Positions 1-13,064 of a DNA stretch of 64,000 nt are shown piece after piece. Each line of letters starts with the position of its first letter. The first letter of the stretch is position 1. Origin of the DNA: the human T2T-CHM13v2.0 reference genome, Homo sapiens. The notes under the pieces are model-generated. The model made no database searches, had not been told where the DNA came from, and saw only the letters and a program-made list of their open reading frames with translations. Position numbers and translations under genes: made by a program. Location of the stretch: the NCBI RefSeq assembly GCF_009914755.1, contig NC_060944.1; one strand, 5' to 3'.

Positions 1-841
1 GGCCTGAAAGGCGCCATCCCTTCCTCTGCATTCCCCTGGGCAGGGGAAGCAGAGTGAAGGCAGGGGCTATACCCAACCACACCAGAAATGGGGGAGGCTA
101 CTCCATCAAGGCTATGATACAGAACATTGGGGGCTGGACCTTCCTCCAATCAGGCATTTCACAGGCCTACTAAATGCAAAACAATAGATGGTGTGCATGG
201 AGGCAGAGTTGTTTTTCCCTTAGAAAAATAAAATGTTTTGGATGGCTTCACCCAGCAGAGAGGCTTTGGGAAAGGCCATTTTCTTTCAATGATACTGAGA
301 TAGCAACACAAAGGAGGAACAGTTCACTCTCCCACCAGCTCCCTCCCACGGCCCTCTCCTTCCTTCCTTCCTCTCACTTGTCCTCTCCTCTCTCCTATCA
401 CTCTGTCCCTGCTCCCTGTGCCGCCCACACCATGTCCCTCTCCCTCCTGACTCTCCCTCCCCACTGTCTCTGTGCCCCCACATTCCCCTGTCGGTTCATC
501 ACCTCCTCCTTTGTCCCTCTGATGCCCACACCCCACTTTAGGTCCCCTGGTCCTGTCTCATGTTCTGTCTCTGTCTTTCTCTTGCATGCTATGTCTCCCT
601 CGGTCTGTCCTAGCTGATCAACCCTTGATTACATTCCTGTCTCTCACCATCCTGTCCTCACTCCCACAATATCCTGCTTCCCTTCTTGCTCCCTTGTATT
701 TGTCACTCCCTCTGTCTCACCCACCATTATGAATCCTGTCCCTCTTGGTTCTTTCTTGCCCAAATGAGGCTCTCCTCCATTTTCCACATGTACCACCACT
801 ATGTCCTTCAATTTCCCTACTCAGTAGCTCTGTCTCTAGGG

Positions 842-1038
842 CTGTGCTGTCCAGTATAGCAGCCACTAGCCATATGCAGCTATTTGCATTTAAATCAGTT
901 AAAACAAATTTAAGTTGAAAATTTGGTTCCTTAGTTGCACCAGCCACATTTTAAGTGCTTAGTAGTCACCGTGGCTAGCGGCTACAGCAATGCAGATACG
1001 GAACACTTCCATTAACAGAGTTCTACTGAATAGCAATG
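842..1038 (-). mobile_element. MER3-like hAT-Charlie MITE
   Basis: ctgtgctgtccagtatagcagccactagcc terminus; 8-bp TSD ctctaggg/ctctagag. Confidence 0.8.
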
Positions 1039-1154
1039 CTCTAGAGCGCTCTGACTTTAGAGAGGTATCTGACTCAGTATCTTTTTAAAGCTCCTTCTAA
1101 CTTTGGATCAGCTCTCCCTAGAGTTTGCTCTGACTCTAGATCAATCTCTTTAGA

Positions 1155-1453
1155 CCTGTGAGGTCCAGTTTGGTAGCCCCCAGGCCCATGAAATGTTGTT
1201 AGGCCAAACTGAGAGGTGCTGTGAGTGTAAATGCATACCGGATCTTGAAGCCTTAGTAGGAAAAAAGAAAATGTAAAATGTCTTATTAATAATATTTCAT
1301 ATTTATTACTTGTTGAAATGGTAACGTTTTCGATATCATGGGCTGAATAAAATATATTATTGAACTTAATGTCCCTATTCCTTTTTCATGCTGCTACTAA
1401 AATGTTTAAAATCATGTGCATGGTTTGGGTTCTATGTCCACTGGACGGTCCTG
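1155..1453 (-). mobile_element. MER33-like hAT-Charlie
   Basis: MER33-type body (gtgctgtgagtgtaaatgcataccggat); TSD ctttagac/ctctagac. Confidence 0.75.
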
Positions 1454-1517
1454 CTCTAGACCTCTTCCCCTACTGTGACTCCAGTGCTCTCTCCTTTTTC
1501 TAGCTGTTTCTCTAGAT

Positions 1518-1675
1518 CTACACTTCCTAATACAGCAGCCATGAGCCACATACGGATATTTAAATTTAAAATGAAATTAAAATTACAAATTAGGTCCTCA
1601 GCCACAACAGACTTATTTAAAGTACTACACATGACTGGTGGCCACCATTGTGGACAGCACTTCCATAGCACATGC
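1518..1675 (-). mobile_element. Partial MER3-like MITE
   Basis: agccatgagccacatacggatatttaaattt...ggccaccattgtggacagcac, preceded by ctctagat. Confidence 0.65.
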
Positions 1676-3024
1676 TAACATGCTGGAGTTAGGCCTCTGC
1701 CTGCATCCCTCCCTCCCTCTGAATCGGTGATCATGTCCAGTCCTGTAGCTCCCGCCCTGTCACAGGCACGCCCTCTGTCTCTTAAGCGTGAGATCGCTCT
1801 TCTTAGCTCAGTCTCACTGTTTCTTTCATCTCTCTAGCCTTACTCTCTTGTTCTCTGCTCTGTGCCCCCTGCCCCATAACTTCCCTTCCTTCCCACTCCC
1901 CCCAGTCTCTCTCATGGCCAGGGGCTCTTCCCTGCCATCGCCACTTCTTTTCCCCTTCACACCTCTTCCTTTGCCTCACTCTGAGGTTTTCTTCTCCACT
2001 GCTCCCTCTCTCTACCTTCGTCTATCCTATTCCTCTCTCCTCACTCTTCTCCCTAATTTATAAAACAGCTTTGAATAGAGGTGGAAGTTAATGTGATTCT
2101 GATTTTCATTCTCTTTAATTCTCTTTCTCCAACTTAAGAAACATCAGGGCAGGAAGGTAATTAATTATCCTAGCATCAATGGCTTAAAGAAGTACAGCTC
2201 CAGTCTGATGAGTGACAGTTTGAGGTTTTACCTGAAGTCTCACTTGACTGTCAAGTATCTCAGGGTCTTAGTTCTCTGGCTTGACTCAGTGAAATCCCTG
2301 GACTTCAGTGACCATGCATTAGCCATTTCCTGCCAGGCCACTTAAGTCCTGAGTCCTGATGCTGAACTGCCTTCTATAGTGAAATCTTTACTTGTTCACA
2401 AGGTTTGTCCAGAAATGAGTTGAACTTCTAACCCGATTAAATAGTAAGTCTCAAACATAATTAAATTTCCTTCAGAAGGGCGCACTCATCCCCACACATG
2501 CAGAAGAGGGTGACCAGGACAGCTGCTCAGGAGTGTAGGCAGGAATGTGTGGGAACCTGTGTACTCCTGTCACTTGTGGGCTTGGGGCCCCTCCTGCCAG
2601 GCTGGTAGCTGGGTGTGACCAGGGAAGCAGCCAGCAGGGAGAAGCTGGTTCTGCAAGGTGAAGTCTGGCAGACTCTGCATTTTAGAGCAGCTGACTGCTC
2701 AGCTTCACAAGTGCTCAGAGCTTACTTCTTCAATCCTATCACCTCTGCATCCTGTTCTGCCAATACGAGCAAAGTGCTTACTGAGTGCCAGACACCCTGC
2801 TAAGCACAGTATTATATTAGCTCACTTAGTCCTCATATCCAGATGAGCAAACTGAAGTCCAGAGAAGTTATGTGAAATGCTCAAGATCAAAGATTGGAAA
2901 ATGGCAGACTCCAAAGTCCATGTTTAGCTTAAGTCTTAAACTTGACTTCTAATTTTTCATTTTATTCCCTTCACTGTGGTCTCCCAGGTTTCCCTTGTTT
3001 CTGACAGTTGATAAAGTTGCCTCC

Positions 3025-3317
3025 TTTTTTTTTGAGACAGAGTTTCGCTCTTGTTGTCCAGGCTAGAGCGCAATGGCCTGGTCTCGGCTCACTGCAACCT
3101 CCACCTCCCGGGTTTCAAGCAATTCTCCTGCCTCAGCCTCCTGAGTAGCTGGGATTACAGGCGCCTATCACCACACCCGGCTAATTTTTGTATTTTTAGT
3201 AAAGACAAGGTTTCACCATGTCGGTCAGGCTGGTCTCGAACTCCTGACCTCAGGCAATCCACCCGCCTCAGCCTCCCAAAATGCTGGGATTACAGGTGTG
3301 AGCCACCACGTCCGGCC
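3025..3317 (-). mobile_element. AluS (Sq/Sp-like)
   Basis: Full Alu; TSD aaagttgcctcctttt. Confidence 0.95.
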
Positions 3318-3479
3318 AAAGTTGCCTCCTTTTAATTCAGATCCTTGGCTCTCCTCCTCCACTCCCACCGGCCCCACCTCCCAACATCAGCCCTACTCCA
3401 CCCCACAGGTGGTAACAGGGATTTATACCTCTTTCCAGATCCCCCTGCCAGCTCCTGCTCTGCTCTCCTCCCTCAGGTA

Positions 3480-3960
3480 CCCCTTAGCAAACACATGTCT
3501 TTCATGTGCTCTTTCTAAAATGCAAATCTGGTTACTTCACAAGCTCAATTAAATGCCCTCAGCTGTCCTTAGGAATGAGACTAACCTTTCCTGATCTGGT
3601 CCTCGCTACCTCTCTAGCCTCCTCATCTACTTGCTCCTTGCTCTGTGCCTAATCACACACTCCTTCTGGGTTCTGGCTGCCCTCTGACTGAAATTCCTGT
3701 TATTCCCGGTCTGCCTACTCATCCTCTAAGGGTCACCTGAAGACATTCCTCTAAAAGTTTCCGGAAACACTCTTCTTCAAGGCAGAAATCACTGTTCCTC
3801 CTCCATCCTTTCCTAGACCACAAACCCAGATCACACCCCACTATGATCACTAGTCTTTCCTACCAGGCCAGAAGGTCTTTGAGAGCAAATACACTTGCTT
3901 ACTTAGTTCTGTCAGTGCCCTACACAATTCAGATTTTTAATCAGTGTCAGTTGGATGAGT
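3480..3960 (+). mobile_element. L2 3' fragment
   Basis: Degenerate L2 body (tctttctaaaatgcaaatctg...) and 3' end. Confidence 0.5.
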
Positions 3961-4276
3961 TATTTTCCCCCTTTGTGCCTATTTTAACATATTCCCTCTG
4001 GATAAAAATTCTGGAGTTGCAGGGCAACAAACAGTAGAGCTGGCCTTGGTCCCTCCCTGGACGCACTGCAATTGCTGGTGAGATGGCTGCCTAGAGGCAA
4101 CTCTGCTCACAGAAGATCGCGGGAAAAAGCTATTCAGTTCAAGAGGTATTTACCTATTGATAAGGTTCCTCTGTGTGTCCTCCTCACTCATTAATAATTT
4201 CAATAATAATATATTAACAATAACAGTAATAATTGTTGTTAATAGTAATAAAATACAGCATGTTCCAGGAACTCAC

Positions 4277-4327
4277 ATTCAGGATTATAGACCGGAGATG
4301 CTTCTGTGCAAATGCATTTGCCATATC
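4277..4327 (-). CDS. ELMO2: ELMO2 exon 11 (51 nt) DMANAFAQKHLRSIILN; gene continues beyond the left edge
   Basis: tcctccacag|GAT...AAT|gtgagt; the expected next exon (HVIRGNRP...) was not found in 1-4276. Confidence 0.96.
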
Positions 4328-6229
4328 CTGTGGAGGAAAATAAGCAAATATAAGGCAGGGTGGCAGGCACACACCTGTGACTACTATCGAGAGGAAGGTG
4401 ATGTCAAAATTCTGGGCCTTTTTTGCTTTCTTAAATTTTTTTCCTCCCAAATGAAAAGTGGGTGAATGAACGAAAATCCACTGACCATCAGATGTATTTT
4501 ACACTCTGCAACATTCCCTATTTTTGTGAGTGCAAATTAATTCAAATAGGATTTCCTTTCCTAATGGCACAATCAACTCCACTGTCTTCAAAGAGAGATG
4601 AGGACTGCTTGAAGATGAGACGCTTGTGTCACAAGGACATTGCACATGGACACAGAGCAGTGTGATGGTTTCTAAGCCACATGCATCGTGCCAGGTAGAC
4701 CCCACTGCTAAGGCTAGAAGGAACTCTAGTGAAGCACTGACTCCAAACAAGGAAGGGCTTTGGTCCAGCAACCCCCTCCCACCCTACAGCAGACGGCTGG
4801 GGTCTGGACGCTCTACAACAGTAAGTAGTCTAGGATTCCGTTCTAACTGGCTTAGAGAACAATGAGTCTGGTGTTTTGGGTAATTTTTTATAACAGGCTC
4901 ACCTTTTTTATAATATTTGATCCAGACTTTGATAGTTATGCTTTATTTATTTAGCCCACCCAGGAAATCAAGTTTCCTACATAAATGAATCTTCCAGGGA
5001 GCAAAGCTTTAAGGGTTCTCTCAGAATCATTATTTTGACCATTCTTATGCAAATCTTTTAAAGACATATTATATACATTTATTTCTGAAGTGACTACAGT
5101 GATAATTTAATCACTGCTAAGGAGTCGGCTTCATCAAAAAGAACATCAGTGATTATTCTGTGTTGTGACACTGTGATACCCTGAGGAGCTACTGAGATGT
5201 GAAGCTATTTTCCCATAAACAAAATGGTCCCAGATTACAATGCCTTTAATTTTTCTGACAGCTTTTCATAATTCTTGTCTCCTCCTTCCAGTGTCGACCA
5301 TCACTTCTTACTGATGTTAATTACCATGACTTCATTTTCTAAACTGCTGCCTTCATTTAATTTTATAGAGAATCCTAAATCAGTGGGCCTGAGGGAGCTG
5401 TCACACCTCTCCTATGGAGTAGTATCTGTGAGCTCTGTGTCATTTTTCTCAGAGCTGAAAGGCCCCTCTGTCACACTTCTGGATTTCTAGCCATATTCCA
5501 AATGGCTAATGCTGCCAGGAACATTAAATTTTACTTTGCATTCTCTGAATACATACTGGCTAGCAGAGGAGGACAGTGGCCTAGAAACTTCTCTGGTAAC
5601 TATAGGAGGTCGACTGAGATTAAATCTTGCTGTGGACAACTCATAAGGTGGGTAATTGACAGTGGTCTGCAGCTAGAATATAAAGGTCTTAGACCAAAAG
5701 CTTCTCTGTGGTGTCAGGGGGAGGCACTTATCCCCTTTCATCTCCTCGCAAAGCTGACCTCTCTAAAGCTCCCTATAATGAAGAAATGAGCATCCAAATT
5801 CCCTTTTGTCGATTGTCTAAACCTTTTCGGATTCCCACGGTCTAGTAAGAGTCCAAAAAGGGCACGGATACCTTTTCTCTTCCACTAAAGCAAGTAAGAA
5901 GGTGACGCATCCATGGTATTGTCTAGATCAAAGTTACGAGCTGTTTCTGAGTCTGGTCTGCCCTAGTTGAACTACAGACCCATGCAAAGGCAAGTTATAA
6001 AGGAAGGCTGGGGCCACACTCCCTGGGGCAGGTACCCCCTTAATCCTTTCTGTGACTCTAATCTGCAGTACTTCCCTAAGTGTCCTGACAAAGGAGATTC
6101 ACAGCACACAACCTTTCCCTGGGTCTTGGCATGCCCTGAACATCTAGATCAGACCATGAGATTCTTGCCTAGCTTTGACTTCCCCACCTGCAAGAGCTGG
6201 GGCCCTTTCCACATGGCAGTGCTACTTAC

Positions 6230-6265
6230 AGTGACAGGCAGGTCTAGAGGATTAAGGTGCTTGTC
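6230..6265 (-). CDS. ELMO2: ELMO2 alternative 36-nt cassette exon DKHLNPLDLPVT
   Basis: Pyrimidine tract ...ttttgctttctgccggcag|GAC AAG CAC CTT AAT CCT CTA GAC CTG CCT GTC ACT|gtaagt; phase 0/0, no stop; matches my recollection of the 12-aa insert in the long ELMO2 isoform. Confidence 0.85.
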
Positions 6266-7012
6266 CTGCCGGCAGAAAGCAAAAGCACAGAGAGAAGCAG
6301 ACGGAATGAGCTTTCAGCTTACATTCAAACAAGGACCGGGAAGGCAGATTAACAGAGCCAAGCCATCCAAGAAAGACAAGGACAGACAGAACCACAGATG
6401 CTTCTGGTCTTCCCTCTAGAATCTACCAAGAGCTGGGTACATACATGATCCCACTTGAATTTCATCTTACTGAGCCCATGAGATTGTCAGAGAACTAAAA
6501 TGTCTTACTTTTAACACCACTTGGGCTTTTCTCAGAGAAATCTAGAATGTTAGTATTGGAAGGGCTGTCAGAGATCATTTAAACTGGCCCTTTCATTTTA
6601 CAGAAAGAGAAACTGAGACCCAAAAAGAGGTTACAAACACTTGTCCAGCCAGCAGCAGGGAGAATACTTAGTCCCAGGCCCCTCGGCTCTTAGGTCAGTG
6701 TTTGTTCCACCACCCAGCTGATTCTTAGTTTCCTTATTTGTGAAACAGGGATCTTGTTTTTCCTCAGACATCCTTGTGAGGTAAACAAGGCAGATGTTGT
6801 TGCTCCCATGTGACAGGTGAGGAAACTAAGGTTCACAGAGGCAGAGCTATCTGCATAATGTCACAGTTAATGAACAGGGGAAGGAAGATGTTTAGAATCT
6901 CCATCAGAGAACCTTTAAACCTAAGATTTAGTGTGAAATCCCATTCATATTGGACTCCTTGGACTCAGGGTACCCACAGGGTCTCCTCTTCCTTATTCTT
7001 GATTCTGTAACC

Positions 7013-7229
7013 CAGGAGTTGGCAAACTATGGCCATATTAGGCCTGTTGCCTGTTTTTGTAAATAAGATTTTATTGGAAGACAGCCATACCCATTCATTT
7101 ACCTACTGGCCGAGGCTGCTTTTGGCTACAATGGCAAGGTTGAGTAGCTATCACATAGACCATATGGCCCATAAAGTCAAACATATTTATTCTCTGGCCC
7201 TTTAGAGGAAAAAGTTTGAAGGGCCCTGC
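7013..7229 (+). mobile_element. MER58A-like hAT-Charlie
   Basis: caggagttggcaaactatggcc...gaaaaagtttg..ccctg. Confidence 0.8.
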
Positions 7230-7439
7230 TCTCATCTAAGACCCAGCTGGTTTCCCCTCATAGGTCTTCCCTGGGTCTTCCTTAGCAAAGCCACCCTCCT
7301 GGGCTCCAGACCAGACAGCTAAGAGGAAGAACTCTTGGGAAAATTGCTGGATTTGTGCTCTCTGCATAGCAAAGAGTGCATGGGGTGAGAATTATCTCAG
7401 AAGAGCCCAGATGAAAAATGTGAAAAGGCAGCCACAGAC

Positions 7440-7518
7440 CTGTCGTTTGTCCTCAGGAGCCTTCAGAAAAAGTGCATTAATCAGTGCAATGGCGTAGGTC
7501 TGAATCTCCTGGTTGGAG
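7440..7518 (-). CDS. ELMO2: ELMO2 exon 10 (79 nt) [26 protein letters not shown]
   Basis: cacag|CTCC...CGACAG|gtctgt. Confidence 0.96.
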
Positions 7519-7639
7519 CTGTGTCAATGGAGAAAGAAGAGAGAGGGAGATTAGAAGACTGAACAGCAAGATGATGCTTAGAAATGGTTTAAAACAATCA
7601 CTCACAGATTATAAGCAAATAATGATCTGGAGCTCAGTC

Positions 7640-8285
7640 TCAAAAGCATTCAAAGTGGGCATGCTCTTGACCCAGCAATTTCACTAATAGGAATTTATCC
7701 TAAGACAGTAATCAGAGAGCTATGCAAGATTTACTGACAAGGCGTTTCATTAAAGTACTACTTAAAAAAGAATGGAAAGTAATCCAAATGGTCACATTAG
7801 CCAACATTTATACATATGAGAATCTTAAGTAGTTATTAAAAGTCATGTTTTAGGGTAAAGATTCTTAACCTGGGATTCAGGGATGAGCTTAGAGTATTTG
7901 TGAACCCCAGGAATGATACAGAAATTATTCTATGTAGTTTGCCAACTAAGTGGTATTTTTTCCAAACTGGTGAGAGTATATACTTGTTACCAGATTTTCA
8001 AAGGTGTCTAGGTTGCAAAAAAGACTTAGAACTACCCTTTTAGAAAAATCTTTGACATGGAGAAATGTTCAAGATGTATTATTCAGTTAAAAAAAATCAA
8101 GGTACACATAGTATATATAATGAGATCCCGATTTTGTTAAAAATATGCATAAAAATACTGAAGGGACATTCAATTTAATGTTTAACAGTGGGTATGTCTG
8201 GAGGTGAGATAATGGGCAAATAATTTTGCGTTTTTCTGTATTTTTAAAGTCTTTGACTATAAACTTATTTTATTATGAACAAACA
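7640..8285 (+). mobile_element. Old L1M 3' fragment interrupted by a hAT-like MITE (~7852-8040)
   Basis: ttgacccagcaatttcactaataggaatttatcctaag L1 motif; ttcttaacctggg...gacttagaactac MITE-like ends. Confidence 0.55.
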
Positions 8286-8698
8286 AAATAACTACAATCA
8301 TTCTCTGGAATCTTACAATCCTGGTACTTGACATCTCCACCTGCCATGTCTTGGGTGCATTCTGTGGCTGTCTTTCCAGAGGGTCTGATGGGCTTCCTGG
8401 TTAGTCACATGGTACCCAGGGAGTCTAACAGAGGGCACTAAGTATCCCTCAGCCCAAAAAGGAAAGCATATAAGTTCTGGTGACAGCTGTGGGCTGAAAG
8501 TATTGGCTCCTATGAAATGCCATGTTCCCCTATCATCCCTAGGGAGGCAACTGGGGCCACTCTGAATTCAGAGACAAAAAAAAAACCAGAGAAGTAGATG
8601 TGAGGTTACAGGAAAATCAGAATTCTCTATCTGGAGTTTATAATGTCCCTCTCACCTTAATCAACCTTGGTGGCTCGCTGGGTATGAAAGCTGAGGCT

Positions 8699-8992
8699 AG
8701 ACCAGGCATGGTGACTCACACCTGTAGTCCCAGCTACTCAGGAGGCTGGGGTGGGAGGACTGCTTGAGCCCAACAGTTTGAGACCAGCCTGGACAACACA
8801 GCGAGACCCTGTCTCTACAAAAATAAAAAAAAAAAAAAAACTAGCCAGGTGTTGTGGAGTGTGCCTGTGATTCCAGCTACTCGGGAGGCTGAGATGGGGA
8901 GGATCGCTTGAGCCTGCAGTGAGTTATGATCATGCCACTGCACTCCAGCTTGGACGGCAGAGTGAGACCCTGTCTCAAAAAAGAAAAGCAAA
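8699..8992 (+). mobile_element. AluJ
   Basis: Diverged Alu; TSD gaaagctgaggct. Confidence 0.92.
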
Positions 8993-10146
8993 GAAAGCTG
9001 AGGCTGAAAATTCCTTAAAAGTGACAAGGAGAAATCAGAGTTGCAAAGAAATAATTGTGCTTTCTTTTTACTTGGATTAGTGGGGAAAAACAAGTTGGGA
9101 GCATAGCTGAGTGAAGACAGGGCCACTATAAACTCCCAAATCTGGGAGCTATGACTTCCCCTCGAACTGGTGGGGGATTCTGGCAACATTCTGACAATGT
9201 CTAAAAAACAGAAGTGAACAACAGTCAGAAGAGAATCAACAGGAGTGCCACCACTGTTTTGCAAAGTCCAGCTTCCTTACATGGTGTAGGTTGGTTGGAA
9301 GTGAGGTAAAAACAGCGGAGACGGGAGAAACATTGCTCCAATGGGTTCATTTGTCATATGGTCTCAGTATCTGGTAAAATGTTTTAGGATGTGATAAGAG
9401 TCTTAACAAACAAACAAAGGAAAAAAGCCCCTGAATTTACTGAATACCTAACCCAGGTTGGCCTCTATGCTGGACCTTTTTAAAATCTCCTTTGATCCTC
9501 ACAGTGTGAGAGGTGAAGGTGATTAACCTATTCTAGAGATGAAGAAACTGAGGCCAGAAGAGACTAGGTTACTTGCTGATGGCAGAGACCTAGTATGCAG
9601 AAGAGCCTGGATTTGAACTGATATTCCAAACTCACACCTGTGTGATATTTCTTACAAATCACCCACAGTGCATCGTCGGTTCAGTGAGCATTCATTCAAC
9701 AAGCACTAATTGAGCCTCTACTTAAATCAAAACAGGGGATACAACAATGATTGGTCTCTGTTTCAAGGGGGCTCTATGTTCAAAATGGGCAACAGATAAT
9801 AAAAATCCAGTATTTTATATAATTATCATAGGTACAGAGACTACTGGGCCCATGTGAGAAAGCATCTAATTTTGCCTGGTACCACCCTGGTATGGGAAGA
9901 CTGGGAAAATCTTCATTTTAACCTAAGGGGCAGAGAGAGTTACAGAGGATTTTGGGCAGGAGCATGACATGATCAAGTCTGAATGATGGGAGAAATTCTG
10001 GCAGGAGTGTGGAAGAGGTGATGAATGAAGAAGCCAACCAACAGCTTGGAATATAAGCAAAGGAGAGTAGGATTGGAAGACTTAAAATAAGAGGAGAAAA
10101 GAGGACAGACAAGTGAAGGGAGGGAGGTGTAGGGTTTTTTACTCAC

Positions 10147-10298
10147 ACCTGGAGGTGTGAGATGAGCTGTCCCACGGTGATTTCCTCGGCTATCTTCTGG
10201 TACAGACTCTGGCTGTTCAAGACCATGCTCTCCAGGATGGCCAGGGACCTCTGAAGGATTGACACGTCCACCATGGGCTGGCTCACATACCCTGCAAT
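10147..10298 (-). CDS. ELMO2: ELMO2 exon 9 (152 nt) [51 protein letters not shown]
   Basis: tctag|ATTGCA...CAGGT|gtgagt; frame continuous. Confidence 0.96.
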
Positions 10299-11360
10299 CT
10301 AGACCCAGAGATGGCACATCAATTGAGAAGCTCAGGGCCCAAGAAAGATAGAAGCTTAGCATCTGATGCTAGCCCTTGAAGCTCTCTCTGCTTCACATTT
10401 GGGCAGCTGTTGCTAGGTGGATAGTGGTATCTGGTTTACGGCTACCCTGGCCAATGTGCCAGGGATTCCCTTGGCATGGATACCTTAATCTCAGATTATA
10501 GTATCCACTTAATTGTGTTTCCTCAAAATCTAAAAGCTTAATTCTTTTTATCAAAATAAGGGTTCCAGTTTGAGAAAGTGGGGTATAAAAAAGCAGAGGA
10601 TTTTACTGATACTGGGATCTCATTTTATCTCCATGTACCTCCCCTGACACACACTCCCCCTAAACACACTTAGACTTTGAGAGGTAGAAAGGACCTTGAA
10701 GCCTTTTACTCTAATCCTTCTTCTCAGTCCCCATTATAATATCCTTGACACATGGTCATTTCACTTGTGTCCAGTGTCGGGGAGTCCCAATGTCCTAAGC
10801 CAATGATAGCTGAAGTTCTAGGGCAGCAGATACAATATTATTCATTGGTTTTAGTTCAGTATTCTGAATTGACACTGCTCCTTTGTGTAAAAGAAAGGAG
10901 GGTAAAACCAGAAGTACCCTCTCCTACCCACTGAACTTAGTCTGACAATCCAAACAGGCTACCTTGCAGATTTGTAAATAGAAGGCAAATTTACAAATGA
11001 AATGCAAATTTTTTTTATATATATACAAAAAGAAGAGAGAGCTCAGGAAGTCGGTCAAAAGACTCAGGGCTAGTACTGGTTGACTGGCTGGCTTTATCCC
11101 CAGTCTCACTGACAATCTAATTCTACTTTGATCATATTTAGTTCTGACGGTCCAGTTCCATCTCAGTGCAGGCCCTGAGAATATAACAAAATGCAAATCT
11201 TTCAGAAGCCACAGAAGACTAGAGCTTGAGGATGAAAAATCTGGCCCCAGGGAATATAAAGCTGATCTCACCAGAATGGCGATATTGCCTGTATCTCCCC
11301 TTAAGCCTTGTGAACTGGCAGCTGAGGGAGGAGAGAAAGACAGAATGTTGGAGGCCTCAC

Positions 11361-11460
11361 CTGCTTAATAAAGGTGATTGAAACCATGTCCCAGGAGACA
11401 ATGCCATGGTCCATGAGCTCTAGGAAGGCAGTCAGGGTGAATGCCAGCATCTCACTGTAG
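11361..11460 (-). CDS. ELMO2: ELMO2 exon 8 (100 nt) [33 protein letters not shown]
   Basis: ctcag|CTAC...AAGCAG|gtgagg; in ORF 11301..11612. Confidence 0.97.
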
Positions 11461-12617
11461 CTGAGACACGTGCAACACACACACAAAATAGACAAAGATT
11501 CAGATCGGGAAACACAGGTGTGAGGGCAGCCACAAAAAAGATGAATTTTAATGTGAACACCCCATGGGAAATCAGTCGATGCAACTGTAACTGTAAGTGC
11601 CTGTGTGCACACCTAGCCAGTGTAGAGCAGATTCAGCCCAGGTATCTATCGCTGCAAAAAAAAAAAAAAAAAAAAAAAAAGTTGCTGGGTAATTAGATCT
11701 TCCTTCTCCATATGCTTCATCCCAGGGACACAGAATCACTTATCTATTTCCCAAGACCAAAGAAGACATTGGACCTTTGTCAAACTCCAACACCTGTTGG
11801 GAGAACCTAAGGAAGTGTAAGTGCCATGTTAACCTTTGGGCCAAGAGGCAGTAGAGTGCAAGAGATGGGTTCAGTTCCTGTCCACCTTACTAACCAAGCA
11901 AATTTTATCTTTTCAAAATTCAATTTCTTCCTCTGTAAAATCAAGTTAGTCTCACAGCGTTAACCTCACAGGGTTGTGGAGACGACAAGATGATGATGTA
12001 TGCAAAGCTCTTATTCTAGTGCTGGTAGAGAATAAGGATTAAAATGTTTTCTCTTTTTTCTCTTCTCCTTATACATTTAATCCTTTATACATCTGTACAG
12101 TGCTCTAGAATTAACAGATGATATTCCTATTTACAAAGCATGTTCAGACACATTCTCATTAACAATACTTCTCACAATAATACTGCAAGGTAGCTATTAT
12201 TATCCTCAGGCTGAAGAGAGTGAAACTAAGGCCAGTCTAACCCTGTACCCTTGGGAGACTGTAGAACTATGTCAGTGCTGATGGCAGCTGAAGGCTTCAG
12301 GACTTCAATACAGCTGGAAGATCCAATATGTAAAACAAATATCTATGATTAGTTACTCGATTTGGCTAACAATTTCAATAGTTGATCTATGGGCTGAGAA
12401 GATTTCTGACTCCCTCTTTGGCAGGTTAGGCTCCAAGCACCTGTTTACTGACTGCTGCTCACAAGGCACAGCTGCCCACCGCATGCATGTGAACTCTGGG
12501 GTATGATGAAGATGCTTGTGGGTATCACAAAGTTCTGGTCTCCTCCTCCCTGTGCAAAAGTGTGGCAGGGAGATGGTGAATGGGTAGGTTGACACCTGTG
12601 GTAAACACAAAGGAAGG

Positions 12618-12644
12618 CGTGTGTGTGTGTGTGTGTGTGTGTGT
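12618..12644. repeat. (GT)n microsatellite
   Basis: About 13 GT units. Confidence 0.95.
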
Positions 12645-13064
12645 ATGGGCTGGGAGGTGACTGAAGAGGGAGGAGCAGGGGATGATTACAAACAGACACC
12701 TGGGAGATACTGGACCATCTGCTCACTAACCCTCATCAAACCAAACATTTCCAGCAATTAACAGGTCTGTCACGACGTGACTGCTCTCCTCCTGACTTCT
12801 CTAGCCCCTATTTTCACTGCTCACTTGGCACAGTACTGTTTTGTACTGTTATTTAATTTGTGAGAGCCCAAATAGACTACACGATTTAGAATCACAATAT
12901 GGAATTATATATCTTGGTATGGACTCTAGTGCTTGGCACACTGCTCTGCACACAGGTGGTATTCAATAAACTCCTTATTTGACTCAAGGGAAATGAGACT
13001 AGGATGCCCTGTGGGATGTAGTAAATCGTCGAAGTCCTTGGAACGAGACCTTAGTCATACTCAC

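Noticed and set aside
174-617. 147-aa plus-strand ORF
   Set aside because: Low-complexity CT-rich intronic tract antisense to ELMO2; Ser/Pro/Leu bias and no domain
5967-6419. 150-aa plus-strand ORF over the cassette exon
   Set aside because: Non-ATG start, no recognisable protein; the supported coding signal is the 36-nt exon on the opposite strand
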